From sequence record NC_028925.1: 64,000 bases of DNA, one strand, 5' to 3'. This DNA comes from Escherichia phage vB_EcoM_VR25. The notes under the pieces were generated by a model. The model saw only the letters and a program-made list of their open reading frames with translations. It ran no database searches and had not been told where the DNA came from. Shown piece by piece: positions 19,419 through 30,019 of this stretch. Position 1 is the stretch's first letter, and every line of letters starts with the position of its first letter. The position numbers and the translations under genes were made by a program.

Positions 19419-19425
19419 ATAAAAA

Positions 19426-19455
19426 GGCCCCAACCAAAAAGGAAGGGGCAAAACC
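19426..19455. terminator. Hairpin / bidirectional terminator after uvsW.1
   Basis: GCCCC...GGGGC stem with A/T flanks. Confidence 0.45.
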
Positions 19456-19481
19456 AAAATGGTTAACAACACTAGCTAAAT

Positions 19482-19643
19482 TAAAAGTTGGGTCTCGTTC
19501 AGTTGCTCTTGTGTATTTTCCGTAACTGGCAAACTCTGAACATAATTATAACAGGCGCCCGGATGCACCGGACCTTGGTCTGTATCCACAACCAATGCAG
19601 AATCGATTGGAGTTTTACAGACAACACAAATCTTATCTGACAT
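19482..19643 (-). CDS. Small hypothetical protein (53 aa, uvsY.-2 position)
   Basis: Hand-translated ORF MSDKICVVCKTPIDS...; below the ORF-track length cut-off. Confidence 0.4.
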
Positions 19644-19776
19644 GATTGTCTCCTCAGTTAAACTTACATATCTATTTAGTGCTTCTTTAATGCGGCATTA
19701 ATAAACTGTTGAAATTCACGCATCTTCTCTTCAGAAGGTTTTAATGGTTTTCTAATATTTGCTTTACGACAACCCA

Positions 19777-20211
19777 TCATTTACCTGCCTCAAATTGTCT
19801 TATTTCTAACATATGTTTAAGCGCGAAACTTCGTGACTTAACACCATCTAATGCAGCGCTACAGAAGTCCTGGAGCAGTGCCCAATATTGAATTGAAGTA
19901 TCAATCTTAAGCACGCTTGAATCTGCAGCCATGACTGTTTTCAATTCTGACTTCTCGTACACATCCATGCATACTTCTTCCCCTGGGTCACCCCTTCCTG
20001 TATAATGGTCAAGCCTCTTTTTAAGAGCTGTTTTCTTCTGAATCTCAAGACGCATTATTTCTTTCTTGCAGTTAGTATACAATCTCAACCATTTGCTATG
20101 CAACAAAACGTTGTTTTGTGTTTCATATTGAATTTGTGTACCATCAATTTTTAAATCTGCATCCAACTCATCCTGAAATACTTCCAACTTATATTCAATC
20201 TCTGTTTTCAT
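19777..20211 (-). CDS. uvsY: UvsY recombination mediator
   Basis: Internal start at 20211 chosen because the upstream ATG (20241) sits inside the promoter -10; C-terminus ...IRQFEAGK matches remembered T4 UvsY. Confidence 0.85.
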   Translation of the reverse strand: MKTEIEYKLEVFQDELDADLKIDGTQIQYETQNNVLLHSKWLRLYTNCKKEIMRLEIQKKTALKKRLDHYTGRGDPGEEVCMDVYEKSELKTVMAADSSVLKIDTSIQYWALLQDFCSAALDGVKSRSFALKHMLEIRQFEAGK

Positions 20212-20239
20212 AATGTATCCAATGTAAGGGTCTAGAACC

Positions 20240-20266
20240 ATTATACAGCCATAAAATTAAAGCATT
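20240..20266 (-). promoter_or_regulatory. MotA-type middle promoter upstream of uvsY
   Basis: Minus-strand AATGCTTTA box (20258-20266) about 12 nt upstream of TATAAT (20240-20245). Confidence 0.5.
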
Positions 20267-20654
20267 AACCATTTTGACTTAACTGAATCCTGATTTGTTC
20301 GAGGGTGTCAGGGTCATCAACAATGCTGAACTGAACCGTTACGATGATGGAGTTATCATCATACATAGGGACAACCGCAACCTGTAGATTGCTTATCCTT
20401 GGTTCGAAGTTCCGCACCGCGGAGACGATGTTGCGTTTAATAGTATCTGTGATTAATGGAGTGATATTCTCAAAAAGCTGATTACTTATATCACATCCAA
20501 ATTCAGGCATAAAAGGCCTTGACCCTTTTCTTGTGGTGATTATTCCCAGAAGACTGTTCTTAACAGACCTTGCACCAGTTACTTTAGCAACGTCTTTATC
20601 CCAACTCATTGACAAGTCGGGAGGCACATCGCTATACATTTTGTTTATATTCAT
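20265..20654 (-). CDS. 25: Baseplate wedge subunit gp25
   Basis: 129-aa ORF; MNINKMYSD...LLGIITTRKGSRPF.PEFGCD matches remembered T4 gp25. Confidence 0.92.
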   Translation of the reverse strand: MNINKMYSDVPPDLSMSWDKDVAKVTGARSVKNSLLGIITTRKGSRPFMPEFGCDISNQLFENITPLITDTIKRNIVSAVRNFEPRISNLQVAVVPMYDDNSIIVTVQFSIVDDPDTLEQIRIQLSQNG

Positions 20655-21278
20655 TTACATAAACTTAAAGAATTCTTTAAGCCCCTTAATTACATGGACA
20701 GAATGCGCTCCACACTCACAAGAGATAGGAATAGCCATTTGGACCTGTGGCTTGAGAAGTTCTTCCGTTAGTGCATTGATATCATCGAGGGTAATTGCAT
20801 TGTACAGGTCCTCGATTTCGGCCTCATTTAAGTCATCAACAACGATGCGCTCGCCGCCTTCCGTGATAATATATTCAATGCAACAAGCAATCATTTTTCC
20901 TTTATCACCGTCTTCAAACAGCCCAGGATAACGGAATTTGATTTTAAACGACCCGAAATCACGAATAACTTCAGACTCGTCCACGATGCTCGCACGGCTA
21001 ATCGTTACCGGAATATCTTGTTCCTTTCCACACTCACATACCCATGTATGCTCGACGTTGACAGCTCCGAGACTATTTGCCCAGAGATTAATAAGAAGCA
21101 GTTCAGCTTCCTGTTTGTTTAACCCTTTAGCATCAGTGCATTTATTAAGCAGTTCAATTATTGCAGGTTCCATACGCTTTTCTAATTTTGCCTGAAGCAA
21201 ATCTTTATATTCGCGCAAGGTAAAAGCCCTACAATTTATAGTTTTATTTTTAATTTGGACAATAAATTCATAAGTCAT
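20655..21278 (-). CDS. 26: Baseplate hub subunit gp26
   Basis: Start at internal ATG 21278 preceded by AAGGAG; position between 25 and 51. Confidence 0.8.
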   Translation of the reverse strand: MTYEFIVQIKNKTINCRAFTLREYKDLLQAKLEKRMEPAIIELLNKCTDAKGLNKQEAELLLINLWANSLGAVNVEHTWVCECGKEQDIPVTISRASIVDESEVIRDFGSFKIKFRYPGLFEDGDKGKMIACCIEYIITEGGERIVVDDLNEAEIEDLYNAITLDDINALTEELLKPQVQMAIPISCECGAHSVHVIKGLKEFFKFM

Positions 21279-21295
21279 AATTTGCTCCTTTACTG

Positions 21296-21307
21296 TATTT
21301 ATAAATA
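21296..21307. promoter_or_regulatory. Overlapping divergent late promoters (palindrome TATTTATAAATA) for gene 26 (minus) and gene 51 (plus)
   Basis: TATAAATA read on both strands at 21296-21303 (minus) and 21300-21307 (plus). Confidence 0.5.
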
Positions 21308-21331
21308 TCAATAAAGATAAAAGGGGATTCT

Positions 21332-22084
21332 ATGGCCAATATCGTAAGATGTGAAATGCCAGACGGAGTTCATCGTTTCAAACCGTTTACAGTCGCTGAT
21401 TACCGTGATTTACTGCTTGTGCGAAACGACATGAACAACAAACCCGTCGAAGAACAAAAACAATTATTAGACGAACTGTTAGAAGATTATTTTGGAGAGT
21501 ATCCGAAAGCATGGAGACCTTACATATTCTTGAAGGTATTCACTTCCTCTATCGGCAAGACAAAAGTCCCGGTAGCGTTCGAATGTCAAAAATGTAAAAA
21601 GACAAAGCAGACTTTGTTTAACATGAGTCAAGGCCCATTGATAAATCCAACGATGGAAACCGCAGGGATAAAAATACAATTTAAGTTCCCTGAAATGGAA
21701 TATAAAGATAAGTCGGAGCTTGTTCTAAACACCATCCAGACTGTCGAAGACTCAGAACAAAAGTACAATTGGGAAGACCTTCCTGAAGAAACGAAGATGC
21801 AGGTTATTGATGCCATTGATATAGAGAGTCTCGAAGAGCTCCTTAAGAAAATGCACTCGATTTATCTTCCATTTACATATGGTTGTTGCGAAAAGCACAA
21901 AACCGAATACACTGACCTGCTTGATGTCTTTAAGCTCATCCTTAACCCGGATGAAGTCTTTATATTTTACCAAATTAACCACTTGCTGGTAAAGAATCAA
22001 TATTCGCTGGATAGCATCATGCACATGATTCCTATCGAACGAGGTATCGCTTTATCGTTAGTTGAGAAGGACTTGAAGAAATGA
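21332..22084 (+). CDS. 51: Baseplate hub assembly catalyst gp51
   Basis: 250-aa ORF in the T4 gene 51 slot, divergent from 26. Confidence 0.85.
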   Translation: MANIVRCEMPDGVHRFKPFTVADYRDLLLVRNDMNNKPVEEQKQLLDELLEDYFGEYPKAWRPYIFLKVFTSSIGKTKVPVAFECQKCKKTKQTLFNMSQGPLINPTMETAGIKIQFKFPEMEYKDKSELVLNTIQTVEDSEQKYNWEDLPEETKMQVIDAIDIESLEELLKKMHSIYLPFTYGCCEKHKTEYTDLLDVFKLILNPDEVFIFYQINHLLVKNQYSLDSIMHMIPIERGIALSLVEKDLKK

Positions 22085-23250
22085 CAGCTAAATCTATGCA
22101 GCGCGAAGGCTTTCCTAATATCAGCATACGCCTTTACGAAGATTATGATGCCTGGCTTGAACACCGTTTTGTAGAACTGGCTGCAACATTTACAACGTTA
22201 ACCATGCGTGATTCCCTTTATGGAAGAAACGAGGGGCTGTTGCAATTCTATGACACAAAGAACTTACATACAAAAATGAATGGCGAACAAATTATTCAGG
22301 TCTCCGTTAAGAATGCCAACTCAGACCGAACCCAATCCAGGATATACGGAAGCAAGCACTTTGCTGTTTCTGTGGATGCAAAGGGTGATAACATAATTAC
22401 AATTCAACTGGCACCGATTCATGAAATTGAGGACCTGAAATTTAGCCGTATGTTTTACCCGAGTGTACAAGAAACATTAGTCGAAATGACCGGGGTAATT
22501 TATCAGGACCGACCATTACTTGCTCCTCCGATAAACGGCATAAACGTTTATGCTCCTAATGTTCCATGGTGTGATTCGATGAACCAATATATGGAATTCA
22601 TAAGGGAAGTAGGTCTTGCGGTTGAGTCTGATAAATTTGTATTTGTTTGGGAAGATATCGATGGCATAAGTATTCAGGATTATGAGTGGTTAACCACCCA
22701 AGAGCCGATTAATTTTGTGGTAGGAGAACCTCGATTGGTTGGTCAGTTTGTACAAAACCTCGAGACTCCGTTAGCCTTCGATTTTGAATGGTTAACAAAA
22801 GCAAACCAACATACAAGAAAACCATATGAAAACGCAACCGTGTACGCGCATTCATTCCTTGACAAGAATGCAACCAGAATAACTTTTGGGGAAGGACAAA
22901 ACAGCATTCTGGTATCTCGTTCCGGGGGCTATTCGGATTACACATACCGAAATGGTTTCGAGGAAGCACAACGATTAATAACCATGTCTCAATATGATGG
23001 TTACGCGCACTGCAAAACATACGGGAACTTTGAATTAACCCCGGGTGATAAGATTAACTTCTATGACCCGAAGAACCAATTCAAATATGATTTTTACGTA
23101 GACGAAGTTATTCATGAAGTGAGTAACAATACATCAATTACAAACCTCTATATGTTTACCAATGGTAAGCCTATCGAAGTTGAAGAACCACCGAAGGTTA
23201 AAAATGAACTTAAAACTGATTCTGCCGACGAAGAAAATACAGCTGGGTGA
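22081..23250 (+). CDS. 27: Baseplate hub subunit gp27
   Basis: 389-aa ORF; ...[28 protein letters not shown]... matches remembered T4 gp27. Confidence 0.92.
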   Translation: MTAKSMQREGFPNISIRLYEDYDAWLEHRFVELAATFTTLTMRDSLYGRNEGLLQFYDTKNLHTKMNGEQIIQVSVKNANSDRTQSRIYGSKHFAVSVDAKGDNIITIQLAPIHEIEDLKFSRMFYPSVQETLVEMTGVIYQDRPLLAPPINGINVYAPNVPWCDSMNQYMEFIREVGLAVESDKFVFVWEDIDGISIQDYEWLTTQEPINFVVGEPRLVGQFVQNLETPLAFDFEWLTKANQHTRKPYENATVYAHSFLDKNATRITFGEGQNSILVSRSGGYSDYTYRNGFEEAQRLITMSQYDGYAHCKTYGNFELTPGDKINFYDPKNQFKYDFYVDEVIHEVSNNTSITNLYMFTNGKPIEVEEPPKVKNELKTDSADEENTAG

Positions 23251-23722
23251 TAAAGAGATTCACGTTCCTAAGCTTGGACTCAAGCATCACAATCTGATTA
23301 AAAACGAGGCCAACCCTTACGCTGCATTAAGAAAGGTTATGCAATCGATATTCCCTAATCTTACGGCAGCCGAATCCGACTTTGTATCCTTACATCTTCT
23401 GGAATTCAATGGCAAGCTAAAAGACAAACGCGAGATTAATGGATTTACATATAAGCTGGACGATGTTTATATCTGCCAACGTCTTGAATTCTCTTATCAA
23501 GGAAAGACATTTAAATTCCGCTCGAATAAACCGTATGAAGAATTCGGGCCAGTTGACAATCTTCTGGAGACTCTTTATCTCGGGGAAGATGTTCCAGACT
23601 TTCTGGATATGCCTGCTTTTGTTGCTAAGTGGGCAGACGATATCACAAGCACATTAGCAATCCCGGGCCCGAATGGTCCTGTTAAGGGGTTACTGAAAAT
23701 AATGGAACTCCTAAATGAATAA
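23204..23722 (+). CDS. 28: Baseplate hub distal subunit gp28
   Basis: Start placed at ATG 23204 (GAAGG upstream), overlapping the 3' end of gene 27 in another frame; position. Confidence 0.75.
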   Translation: MNLKLILPTKKIQLGDKEIHVPKLGLKHHNLIKNEANPYAALRKVMQSIFPNLTAAESDFVSLHLLEFNGKLKDKREINGFTYKLDDVYICQRLEFSYQGKTFKFRSNKPYEEFGPVDNLLETLYLGEDVPDFLDMPAFVAKWADDITSTLAIPGPNGPVKGLLKIMELLNE

Positions 23723-25460
23723 GAACTCCGAACAAACGAGCTTCAGACGCGGTGGACCGAATAAAAAGCTTATCGAAGAATTAGCACCACAAAGGAGGGC
23801 GGAAGCCCTCTCTGCTGAACAGAATGATGAACTATCGAATCTGAATACGACTCTTACAAATACTCAGGCTGCGACCGAACTTGTATCGGAAGCTATTGAG
23901 GATAAGGGTAATCAGATTATCGAGAATATCCAAACCAATAATGGAGTCCTCCAGGATATCAGTGCCGGGGTCGAACTGACGGCTGAAGCCACCGAGAAGA
24001 CTCAACAAGGGATTAAAAACCTCACGGATATTCTCTCGGATAAGCTCGACAAACTCAGCGCAATGATAAGCGGTAAAATAGGCGTCACGTCTCCTGTGGC
24101 TGGTTCTGAAAGCCTTAAACCCGTTGAGGATGCATTACCAGAGCCTGAAGAGAATAAGCCCACAGCGAGCGTTCCAGCGCTTATACCACCCGAAGAACAA
24201 AAGCCAGATGCAGACTTCATACCGGAACCGGAGCAGCCAAAGAATGATGCAGAAGGTAAAGAGACTAACACTTGGTCTCTCGGCGATAAGCTTGACACTC
24301 TTTCGAAGATAACCGAAAAAGGATTTAAGGCATCGGTTTCTGTAGCCGACCGAATCTCAGGGATGCTGTTCAAATACACAATAACTGCGGCAGCAGAAGC
24401 AGCTAAATTAATAGGCGGATTATTGTTGTTGGTATTCGGTATCGATGCAATACGAGTTTACTTCCAATATTTTATGAAGCAATTTGAAGCTGGTTGGAAA
24501 GAATTTAATGATAAGTTCAAAGAGTGGGGGCCGTTACTCGAAGGATTAATGACTTGGGCTAAGAATGCTGAAGCTATGTTTAGTGAAAGAAATTGGCTTG
24601 GGCTGGCAGAAGCTATTATCCGTGGAATGGTTAACTTAACGAAGAATATGGCTCAACTTCTTATGCTTGGTATTTCAAAATTAATCTCGGCTATCTTAAG
24701 TAAAATCCCTGGGATGGGTGACCTGGCAGATAATGTGGAAGCCTCTGCGTTGATGTCTTATCAGCAAAACACGGGCGCAGCCCTTGATGATGAAGACCAA
24801 ACGAAGATAGCTAAGTATCACGATAAACGTTCGGCCGAAGCAATGAAAACTGCGGAGAAGATGAATAAGAAGTATAAGGATAAACCTGAACTGATTAATC
24901 AAGCCGAAAAATATGGCAATCTTACCAAGGAACAAGCTGACCAGCTTCGTGCGGGTGGTATTGACACAAGCTTCAGAGACCTTCCAGAAGAAGAACGTCT
25001 GGACTATTTCAAGAAGCGTGATAAAACCCAAGCCGATATTATTCGTTTAACCCAGACTGCAGATAACTTAATGAAGCCAGATGCAACCGATAAAAAGAAT
25101 GCTGAAGCCTCATATAAAGCAATCCAGGAACAGTTGGCTGACCCTGTTATGGCAAAAGGTGGAGCCCCGAAAGACCTTAATATGCATGCCCTCCTGGAAA
25201 AACTCGATAAGTCTCTTGAGAAGTTCAAAGACGAACCGAAAGTTAAACCACCTGATGTTAAGGCTTCTCCGGATGCACAACAAGCTGCGAAGGTTGACGA
25301 AGGCATGAAGGCCAAAGAAAATAAATACAAGGATGCACCAGCTAATGCGCAAATTAACACGGTCAATAATATTCAGAAGACTTCCAGGACGCAATACAAT
25401 ATGCCTCCTCAAAGTTCAACCCCTGCCCCTGGCATGAGACAGGCCACGAGAATTAACTAA
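23715..25460 (+). CDS. 29: Baseplate hub subunit / tail length determinator gp29
   Basis: 581-aa ORF in gene 29 slot. Confidence 0.88.
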   Translation: MNKNSEQTSFRRGGPNKKLIEELAPQRRAEALSAEQNDELSNLNTTLTNTQAATELVSEAIEDKGNQIIENIQTNNGVLQDISAGVELTAEATEKTQQGIKNLTDILSDKLDKLSAMISGKIGVTSPVAGSESLKPVEDALPEPEENKPTASVPALIPPEEQKPDADFIPEPEQPKNDAEGKETNTWSLGDKLDTLSKITEKGFKASVSVADRISGMLFKYTITAAAEAAKLIGGLLLLVFGIDAIRVYFQYFMKQFEAGWKEFNDKFKEWGPLLEGLMTWAKNAEAMFSERNWLGLAEAIIRGMVNLTKNMAQLLMLGISKLISAILSKIPGMGDLADNVEASALMSYQQNTGAALDDEDQTKIAKYHDKRSAEAMKTAEKMNKKYKDKPELINQAEKYGNLTKEQADQLRAGGIDTSFRDLPEEERLDYFKKRDKTQADIIRLTQTADNLMKPDATDKKNAEASYKAIQEQLADPVMAKGGAPKDLNMHALLEKLDKSLEKFKDEPKVKPPDVKASPDAQQAAKVDEGMKAKENKYKDAPANAQINTVNNIQKTSRTQYNMPPQSSTPAPGMRQATRIN

Positions 25461-25468
25461 GGAATAAC

Positions 25469-26569
25469 ATGAAAGTAAAAGAACTCGATTTCGATTTAGA
25501 TATTGCGGGTTTATTTAACGGAGGTTCTAAGACCTCCGCTGGGCAGTCAAAAGCTGCCCAGACTCAAGCTACTATTGTGGCGCAATATCCAGCAGAACGA
25601 GCTTCCGGTAATGATTCTTCAGATGATATGCGAGTTAATGACCTTTATAAAAATGGTCTGTTATTCACGGCATACAATTTCAGTTCAAGAACATCTCCGG
25701 AATTACGCTCAGACCGGTCAAGCCAATTGACTTCATTAAAGAAAGTTTCCAATGGTGCTTCATTTAACCCGGTTAAAAGTTTAACATCTTTTGCTAAATC
25801 AAAATTAACCGGCTCCGGTTCAACAGGTAAAAGTTTTGATTCGAACGCTGTTGCAAATATCCTGTTGCCTCGTTCGAAGTCTGATGTAGAATCCGTATCG
25901 CATCGATTCAATGATGTTGGCGAATCTCTTGTTACGAAAGGCGGCGGCTCAGCCACTGGTATTCTTAGTAACATCGCATCGACTGCAGTTTTTGGCGCGC
26001 TCGAATCAGTTACAAACGGTGTAATGGCCGACCATGGCGAACAGATTTACACAACGGCAAGAAGCATGTATGCTGGTCCGGATAACAGGACAAAAGTTTA
26101 CACATGGGAAATGACTCCACGTAGCGCGCAAGACTTAATCCAGATAGTGAAGATATACGAGATTTTCAACTATTATTCTTATGGTGAAACTGGTAAAAGC
26201 TCCTTTGCTTCCGAGCTGAAAGATAAAATCGATACGTGGTATAAATCCACCTTCAAAAAGGAAGCAATCGATAACTTTGATGGTAAGTTGCTCGGTGAAG
26301 AGATAACAAGCTTCTTAACGAACGTTCTGGTGGTCTCTAACCCTACTATCTGGTATATCCGCAACTTCGGTGATACAAGCTCATACGATGGCCGTGGGGA
26401 GCTATTTGGGCCATGTCAGATTCAGAGCATAAGATTCGATAAATCTCCGGATGGTCATTTCGGTGGATTAGCTATTGCTCCTAACCTGCCATCGACTTTT
26501 GTACTTGAAATCACTTTCCGTGAAATCATTACGCTTAACCGTGGCTCATTATATGCGGAAGGTTTCTAA
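25469..26569 (+). CDS. 48: Baseplate tail tube cap gp48
   Basis: 366-aa ORF in gene 48 slot. Confidence 0.88.
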   Translation: MKVKELDFDLDIAGLFNGGSKTSAGQSKAAQTQATIVAQYPAERASGNDSSDDMRVNDLYKNGLLFTAYNFSSRTSPELRSDRSSQLTSLKKVSNGASFNPVKSLTSFAKSKLTGSGSTGKSFDSNAVANILLPRSKSDVESVSHRFNDVGESLVTKGGGSATGILSNIASTAVFGALESVTNGVMADHGEQIYTTARSMYAGPDNRTKVYTWEMTPRSAQDLIQIVKIYEIFNYYSYGETGKSSFASELKDKIDTWYKSTFKKEAIDNFDGKLLGEEITSFLTNVLVVSNPTIWYIRNFGDTSSYDGRGELFGPCQIQSIRFDKSPDGHFGGLAIAPNLPSTFVLEITFREIITLNRGSLYAEGF

Positions 26570-27528
26570 TGTTTACTTTACAAGAATTTCAAACACAAGC
26601 GATTAATATCGACTTGCAGAGGAATAACCTTTTTAGCGTGGTCTTCGCGACCGCGCCTTCCTCTAAATCTCAGAATCTATTGGACCAGTTCGGTGGTGCG
26701 TTATTCAGTAACCTTCCTGTTAACTCGGATTGGTTTGGTTTAACGCAAGGCGACTTAACCCAGGGAATAACAACTCTTGTTACTGCCGGGACACAAAAGC
26801 TTATTCGTAAATCAGGGATAAGCAAATATCTTATAGGGGCAATGAGTAACCGTGTTGTGCAATCATTATTAGGGGAATTTGAGGTTGGTACTTACCTGCT
26901 TGATTTCTTTAATATGGCTTATCCAACTGCTGGGCTATTAGTTCACTCCGTTAAGCTTCCGGACAACACATTGAACTACGAAATGGACCTTAACCATAAC
27001 GCGCCAAATATCAAGATAACAGGGAGAGAATATTCTCCGTTGGTATTAAGCTTTAGAATGGATTCAGAGGCAGGGAACTTCAGAGCATTTAACGATTGGG
27101 TTAACTCTGTACAGGACCCAGTTACCCAGCTAAGGGCTTTGCCTGAAGATGTTGAAGCAGATATTCAGGTCAACCTTCACTCACGTAATGGATTGCCACA
27201 CACGGTTGTTATGTTAACTGGTTGTGTTCCTGTAAGTGTATCTGCACCTGAATTGAGTTATGAAGGGGATAATCAGATAGCTACATTTGATGTGACTTTT
27301 GCTTATCGCGTTATGTCAACTGGGGCGGTGGGAAGAAATGCTGCATTAGAATGGTTAGAAGATAAGGTTATTAAGGGTGTATCTGGTATTAGTTCAGATA
27401 ACAACTTGAACGCAGAAGTTGCCAAATTGAGTCGCCTGTCTGGTGCCCAATCTGGATTAACAAGTCTGTACAATACGTTCACTGGTTCTGGGAGAGCAGT
27501 CTCTGGTGGAAGTCAACGTATATTATAA
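26569..27528 (+). CDS. 54: Baseplate tail tube initiator gp54
   Basis: 319-aa ORF in gene 54 slot, coupled TAATG junction with gene 48. Confidence 0.88.
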   Translation: MFTLQEFQTQAINIDLQRNNLFSVVFATAPSSKSQNLLDQFGGALFSNLPVNSDWFGLTQGDLTQGITTLVTAGTQKLIRKSGISKYLIGAMSNRVVQSLLGEFEVGTYLLDFFNMAYPTAGLLVHSVKLPDNTLNYEMDLNHNAPNIKITGREYSPLVLSFRMDSEAGNFRAFNDWVNSVQDPVTQLRALPEDVEADIQVNLHSRNGLPHTVVMLTGCVPVSVSAPELSYEGDNQIATFDVTFAYRVMSTGAVGRNAALEWLEDKVIKGVSGISSDNNLNAEVAKLSRLSGAQSGLTSLYNTFTGSGRAVSGGSQRIL

Positions 27529-27535
27529 AAAGAAA

Positions 27536-27557
27536 GGGACCCGAAGGTCCCTTTTTT
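27536..27557. terminator. Bidirectional terminator after gene 54
   Basis: GGGACC-CGAA-GGTCCC stem followed by T6. Confidence 0.7.
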
Positions 27558-27846
27558 ATTTGCGGAATGAAATGAAACCTGCTACAGTCATTACAGCTTC
27601 TTTCTTAACAAAGACTGTAATCGCAATTGGTGCTTCAGATTCAAGCTGTCCAGTTACTATACCATTAAAAATATTTTCTGTTTGTTCAGAATTTACAAAG
27701 TTTTCAACAGGGCGAAGGTCGAACTTCTTATCTTCACCAAATACACGTCGTAATTCATTACCCACTGCGCTGTCAAACTCTTCTGAAGCTGGGATAACAT
27801 TCTCAACTACCAGTTCCTGACCATTAAAGCGAAAAGATGATTTCAT
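27556..27846 (-). CDS. Hypothetical protein (alt.-N position)
   Basis: Internal start at 27846 with GAGGA RBS; early-type promoter 27878-27907 upstream. Confidence 0.55.
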   Translation of the reverse strand: MKSSFRFNGQELVVENVIPASEEFDSAVGNELRRVFGEDKKFDLRPVENFVNSEQTENIFNGIVTGQLESEAPIAITVFVKKEAVMTVAGFISFRK

Positions 27847-27877
27847 TTTGTTTTCCTCATGTGCAATTGATATGAAC

Positions 27878-27907
27878 ATTGTATCGCACTTCCTTGTGCT
27901 TGTAAAC
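27878..27907 (-). promoter_or_regulatory. Early-type promoter (TTTACA-17 nt-TACAAT)
   Basis: Minus-strand -35/-10 with 17-nt spacer just upstream of the 27846 start. Confidence 0.4.
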
Positions 27908-27909
27908 CC

Positions 27910-29961
27910 CTACGAAAGGAATTTAGGAGGAATACTTTCCAAATTAATACAACTAGCAAGAATACCAAGGCCTTGGTTGACTTTCTTCGTCACCCTGGAG
28001 GATGCAAACGATGCGAAGTCAACAGATTCTTCTGGTTCCTCGCCTTTATAAACGACAAGCTCGCCAGTTTCCATCAACACATCACCATCATAGATAACTG
28101 CATTTTCATCCAGTTGGTCAGTGGTCTGAATGTCAGCTTCCAGCATTTTGACGTTCGCATTTCCTTGATACGACGCATCCGTAATTTTTGTAATCTTAAC
28201 TATAGTTCCACGAGGAAGAATAACTTCTTGCTCGGTCGGGTTTCCTGACAATTCACCAGGAACAATTACGTTAATTAAGTCCGCTCCAGAAATTTTCCAA
28301 CCGACATGCATCATTACGTGGTCGCGGCGGGCATCCGGCATATCTGGTAAAACAATTTCGTCATCAGCCTGGAAAGATGTCCCATCACGATAGTCCTGAT
28401 GAACTGCGGCCATAGCAACGTTCGCCACCCAGCCACCAAAGATAATCGGTTTAAACGACGTTGATACATAGTTCCTGAAATAAAATAATTTAGATTTCTT
28501 AATTTTATCAAATGTAGGAACGTTTAAATATTGACCACGCCAAAGAGTTGTATTAGGCGGCAACTTATGTCCAATTTCAAAGGCCGAATCCAATTCCTTA
28601 ATTGTTTCGACAACTCTGTCTAGATTTAGGAATTCAGCTTCTTCTTCATAATATTTGCCCATCAAATAATTATTAATATCGGCATAGTTTGCTCCACAAT
28701 AATCTGCAATTGCTTCTCGCTGGCCATAATGGAAACGGTTGTCAGTATACCCTGCTGTGAAATTAAGAGTATTTTCTGATGCTTCTTCGGCAAAGTCTTT
28801 AACTGCAACACGAATGGCGCTTGTGTATTCTTTTTCCCAGAGCGAGGCTGCATAAGTGGCTGCATCCAGGTTAGGAGGAGCATCATTCATTTTTCTTTCG
28901 ATAAATGCGGCTTTGCGAAGGTTAAGAATCTCTGCGCATGATTCGGCAAAAATCTGCATCTGCTTCATGCTACCAACTGGGGCACGTTTAAGTTCACGAT
29001 GCATACGGTTAAAAATTGGGTCAGTGTCTTCAACACGAATTTCTTCTTTCCAAACACCATTTGCTCGCATAGCCGTATCCGCGGCGCGCATACGAGCCAT
29101 AGTATTCGTTTCAGAAGGCCGGACGAAAATTTCCAGTTCTTCGGCATCATCAATTAATTCAGCAGTTGCAGGTCGACTAAATTTAGCAGCTTCTGCATCA
29201 ATTTCGTCCCAACCTTCTGGCACGGAATCACTTGGTGCGTACTGGGCTTGTGCAATAGCTCGGCGACTGATTTTAGTTTTCTGTGCAACAGAAGCATCAG
29301 TCTTTTTGTTTGCGGCATCAATCAGAACTTCGGCTGCAATTTCTTGTTTGGAGACTTGTGCACCGTTATCTTTATTAGTGAATACGTCGCCAACTTTTGT
29401 TGTGACTTTTTGATATTTCTCAGGGACTGGTGGCATACCATCAACCGAAAGTAAGTCAACCCCCTTTTTGTACATAATTACATAAGCGTTCTTTTTACCG
29501 AGACCAGATGCATTCGGAAGAACATGATAACGCCCGGAAGTTTTCATTTGAATCAGTCGATTCATAATACGAATAACAGCTTGCTCTTGACCTTTCATCT
29601 TTTTGGAGGGGAAACGGAACAAGACTACATCAGGTTTGCCTAGCTTAATACTTTCCCAGACTGTGGTAAAAATCAGGTTAATCGCATCAAGAGGTTTTTC
29701 ACCTAGGCCGCCTTTCAGAGGAACAGCATGACCATGTGAAGTCCCGGATAACAGGAATACCTCAGCAATTGCATCACCGCGTTTATATTGTTTAACTGTT
29801 TCTTTACCCGTGAATTGCATCAAACGAGCCATAAGAGAATTGGTCCCAGGAACACCGAATTGCCACACCTGTGGGACCTTGTATTTCGGGTTCATATTAA
29901 TGACAGGATAACCGAAGACTTCGATATATTTGTCAAAGAGTTCATTTAATTGTTCAGACAT
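27910..29961 (-). CDS. alt: Alt-like mono-ADP-ribosyltransferase (virion-packaged in T4)
   Basis: 683-aa ORF in the alt slot between 54 and 30; C-terminal Arg / STS / E-x-E arrangement (WRGQ, YVSTSF, EQEVILP) typical of R-S-E ADP-ribosyltransferases. Confidence 0.8.
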   Translation of the reverse strand: MSEQLNELFDKYIEVFGYPVINMNPKYKVPQVWQFGVPGTNSLMARLMQFTGKETVKQYKRGDAIAEVFLLSGTSHGHAVPLKGGLGEKPLDAINLIFTTVWESIKLGKPDVVLFRFPSKKMKGQEQAVIRIMNRLIQMKTSGRYHVLPNASGLGKKNAYVIMYKKGVDLLSVDGMPPVPEKYQKVTTKVGDVFTNKDNGAQVSKQEIAAEVLIDAANKKTDASVAQKTKISRRAIAQAQYAPSDSVPEGWDEIDAEAAKFSRPATAELIDDAEELEIFVRPSETNTMARMRAADTAMRANGVWKEEIRVEDTDPIFNRMHRELKRAPVGSMKQMQIFAESCAEILNLRKAAFIERKMNDAPPNLDAATYAASLWEKEYTSAIRVAVKDFAEEASENTLNFTAGYTDNRFHYGQREAIADYCGANYADINNYLMGKYYEEEAEFLNLDRVVETIKELDSAFEIGHKLPPNTTLWRGQYLNVPTFDKIKKSKLFYFRNYVSTSFKPIIFGGWVANVAMAAVHQDYRDGTSFQADDEIVLPDMPDARRDHVMMHVGWKISGADLINVIVPGELSGNPTEQEVILPRGTIVKITKITDASYQGNANVKMLEADIQTTDQLDENAVIYDGDVLMETGELVVYKGEEPEESVDFASFASSRVTKKVNQGLGILASCINLESIPPKFLS

Positions 29962-29985
29962 AATAGGTTCCTTATAAAATATGAT

Positions 29986-29993
29986 GTATTTAT
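29986..29993 (-). promoter_or_regulatory. Late promoter box TATAAATA (minus strand) upstream of alt
   Basis: Exact TATAAATA on minus strand about 25 nt upstream of the alt ATG. Confidence 0.55.
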
Positions 29994-30001
29994 ACTAAAA
30001 A

Positions 30002-30013
30002 AGGGCCGAAGCC
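30002..30013 (-). terminator. Terminator after gene 30
   Basis: GGGCCGAAGCCC hairpin followed (minus strand) by T-run. Confidence 0.6.
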
Positions 30014-30019
30014 CTTTTG

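Noticed and set aside
28856-29413. 185-aa plus-strand ORF
   Set aside because: Antisense within alt; Ala/Ser/Arg-rich composition typical of a shadow frame
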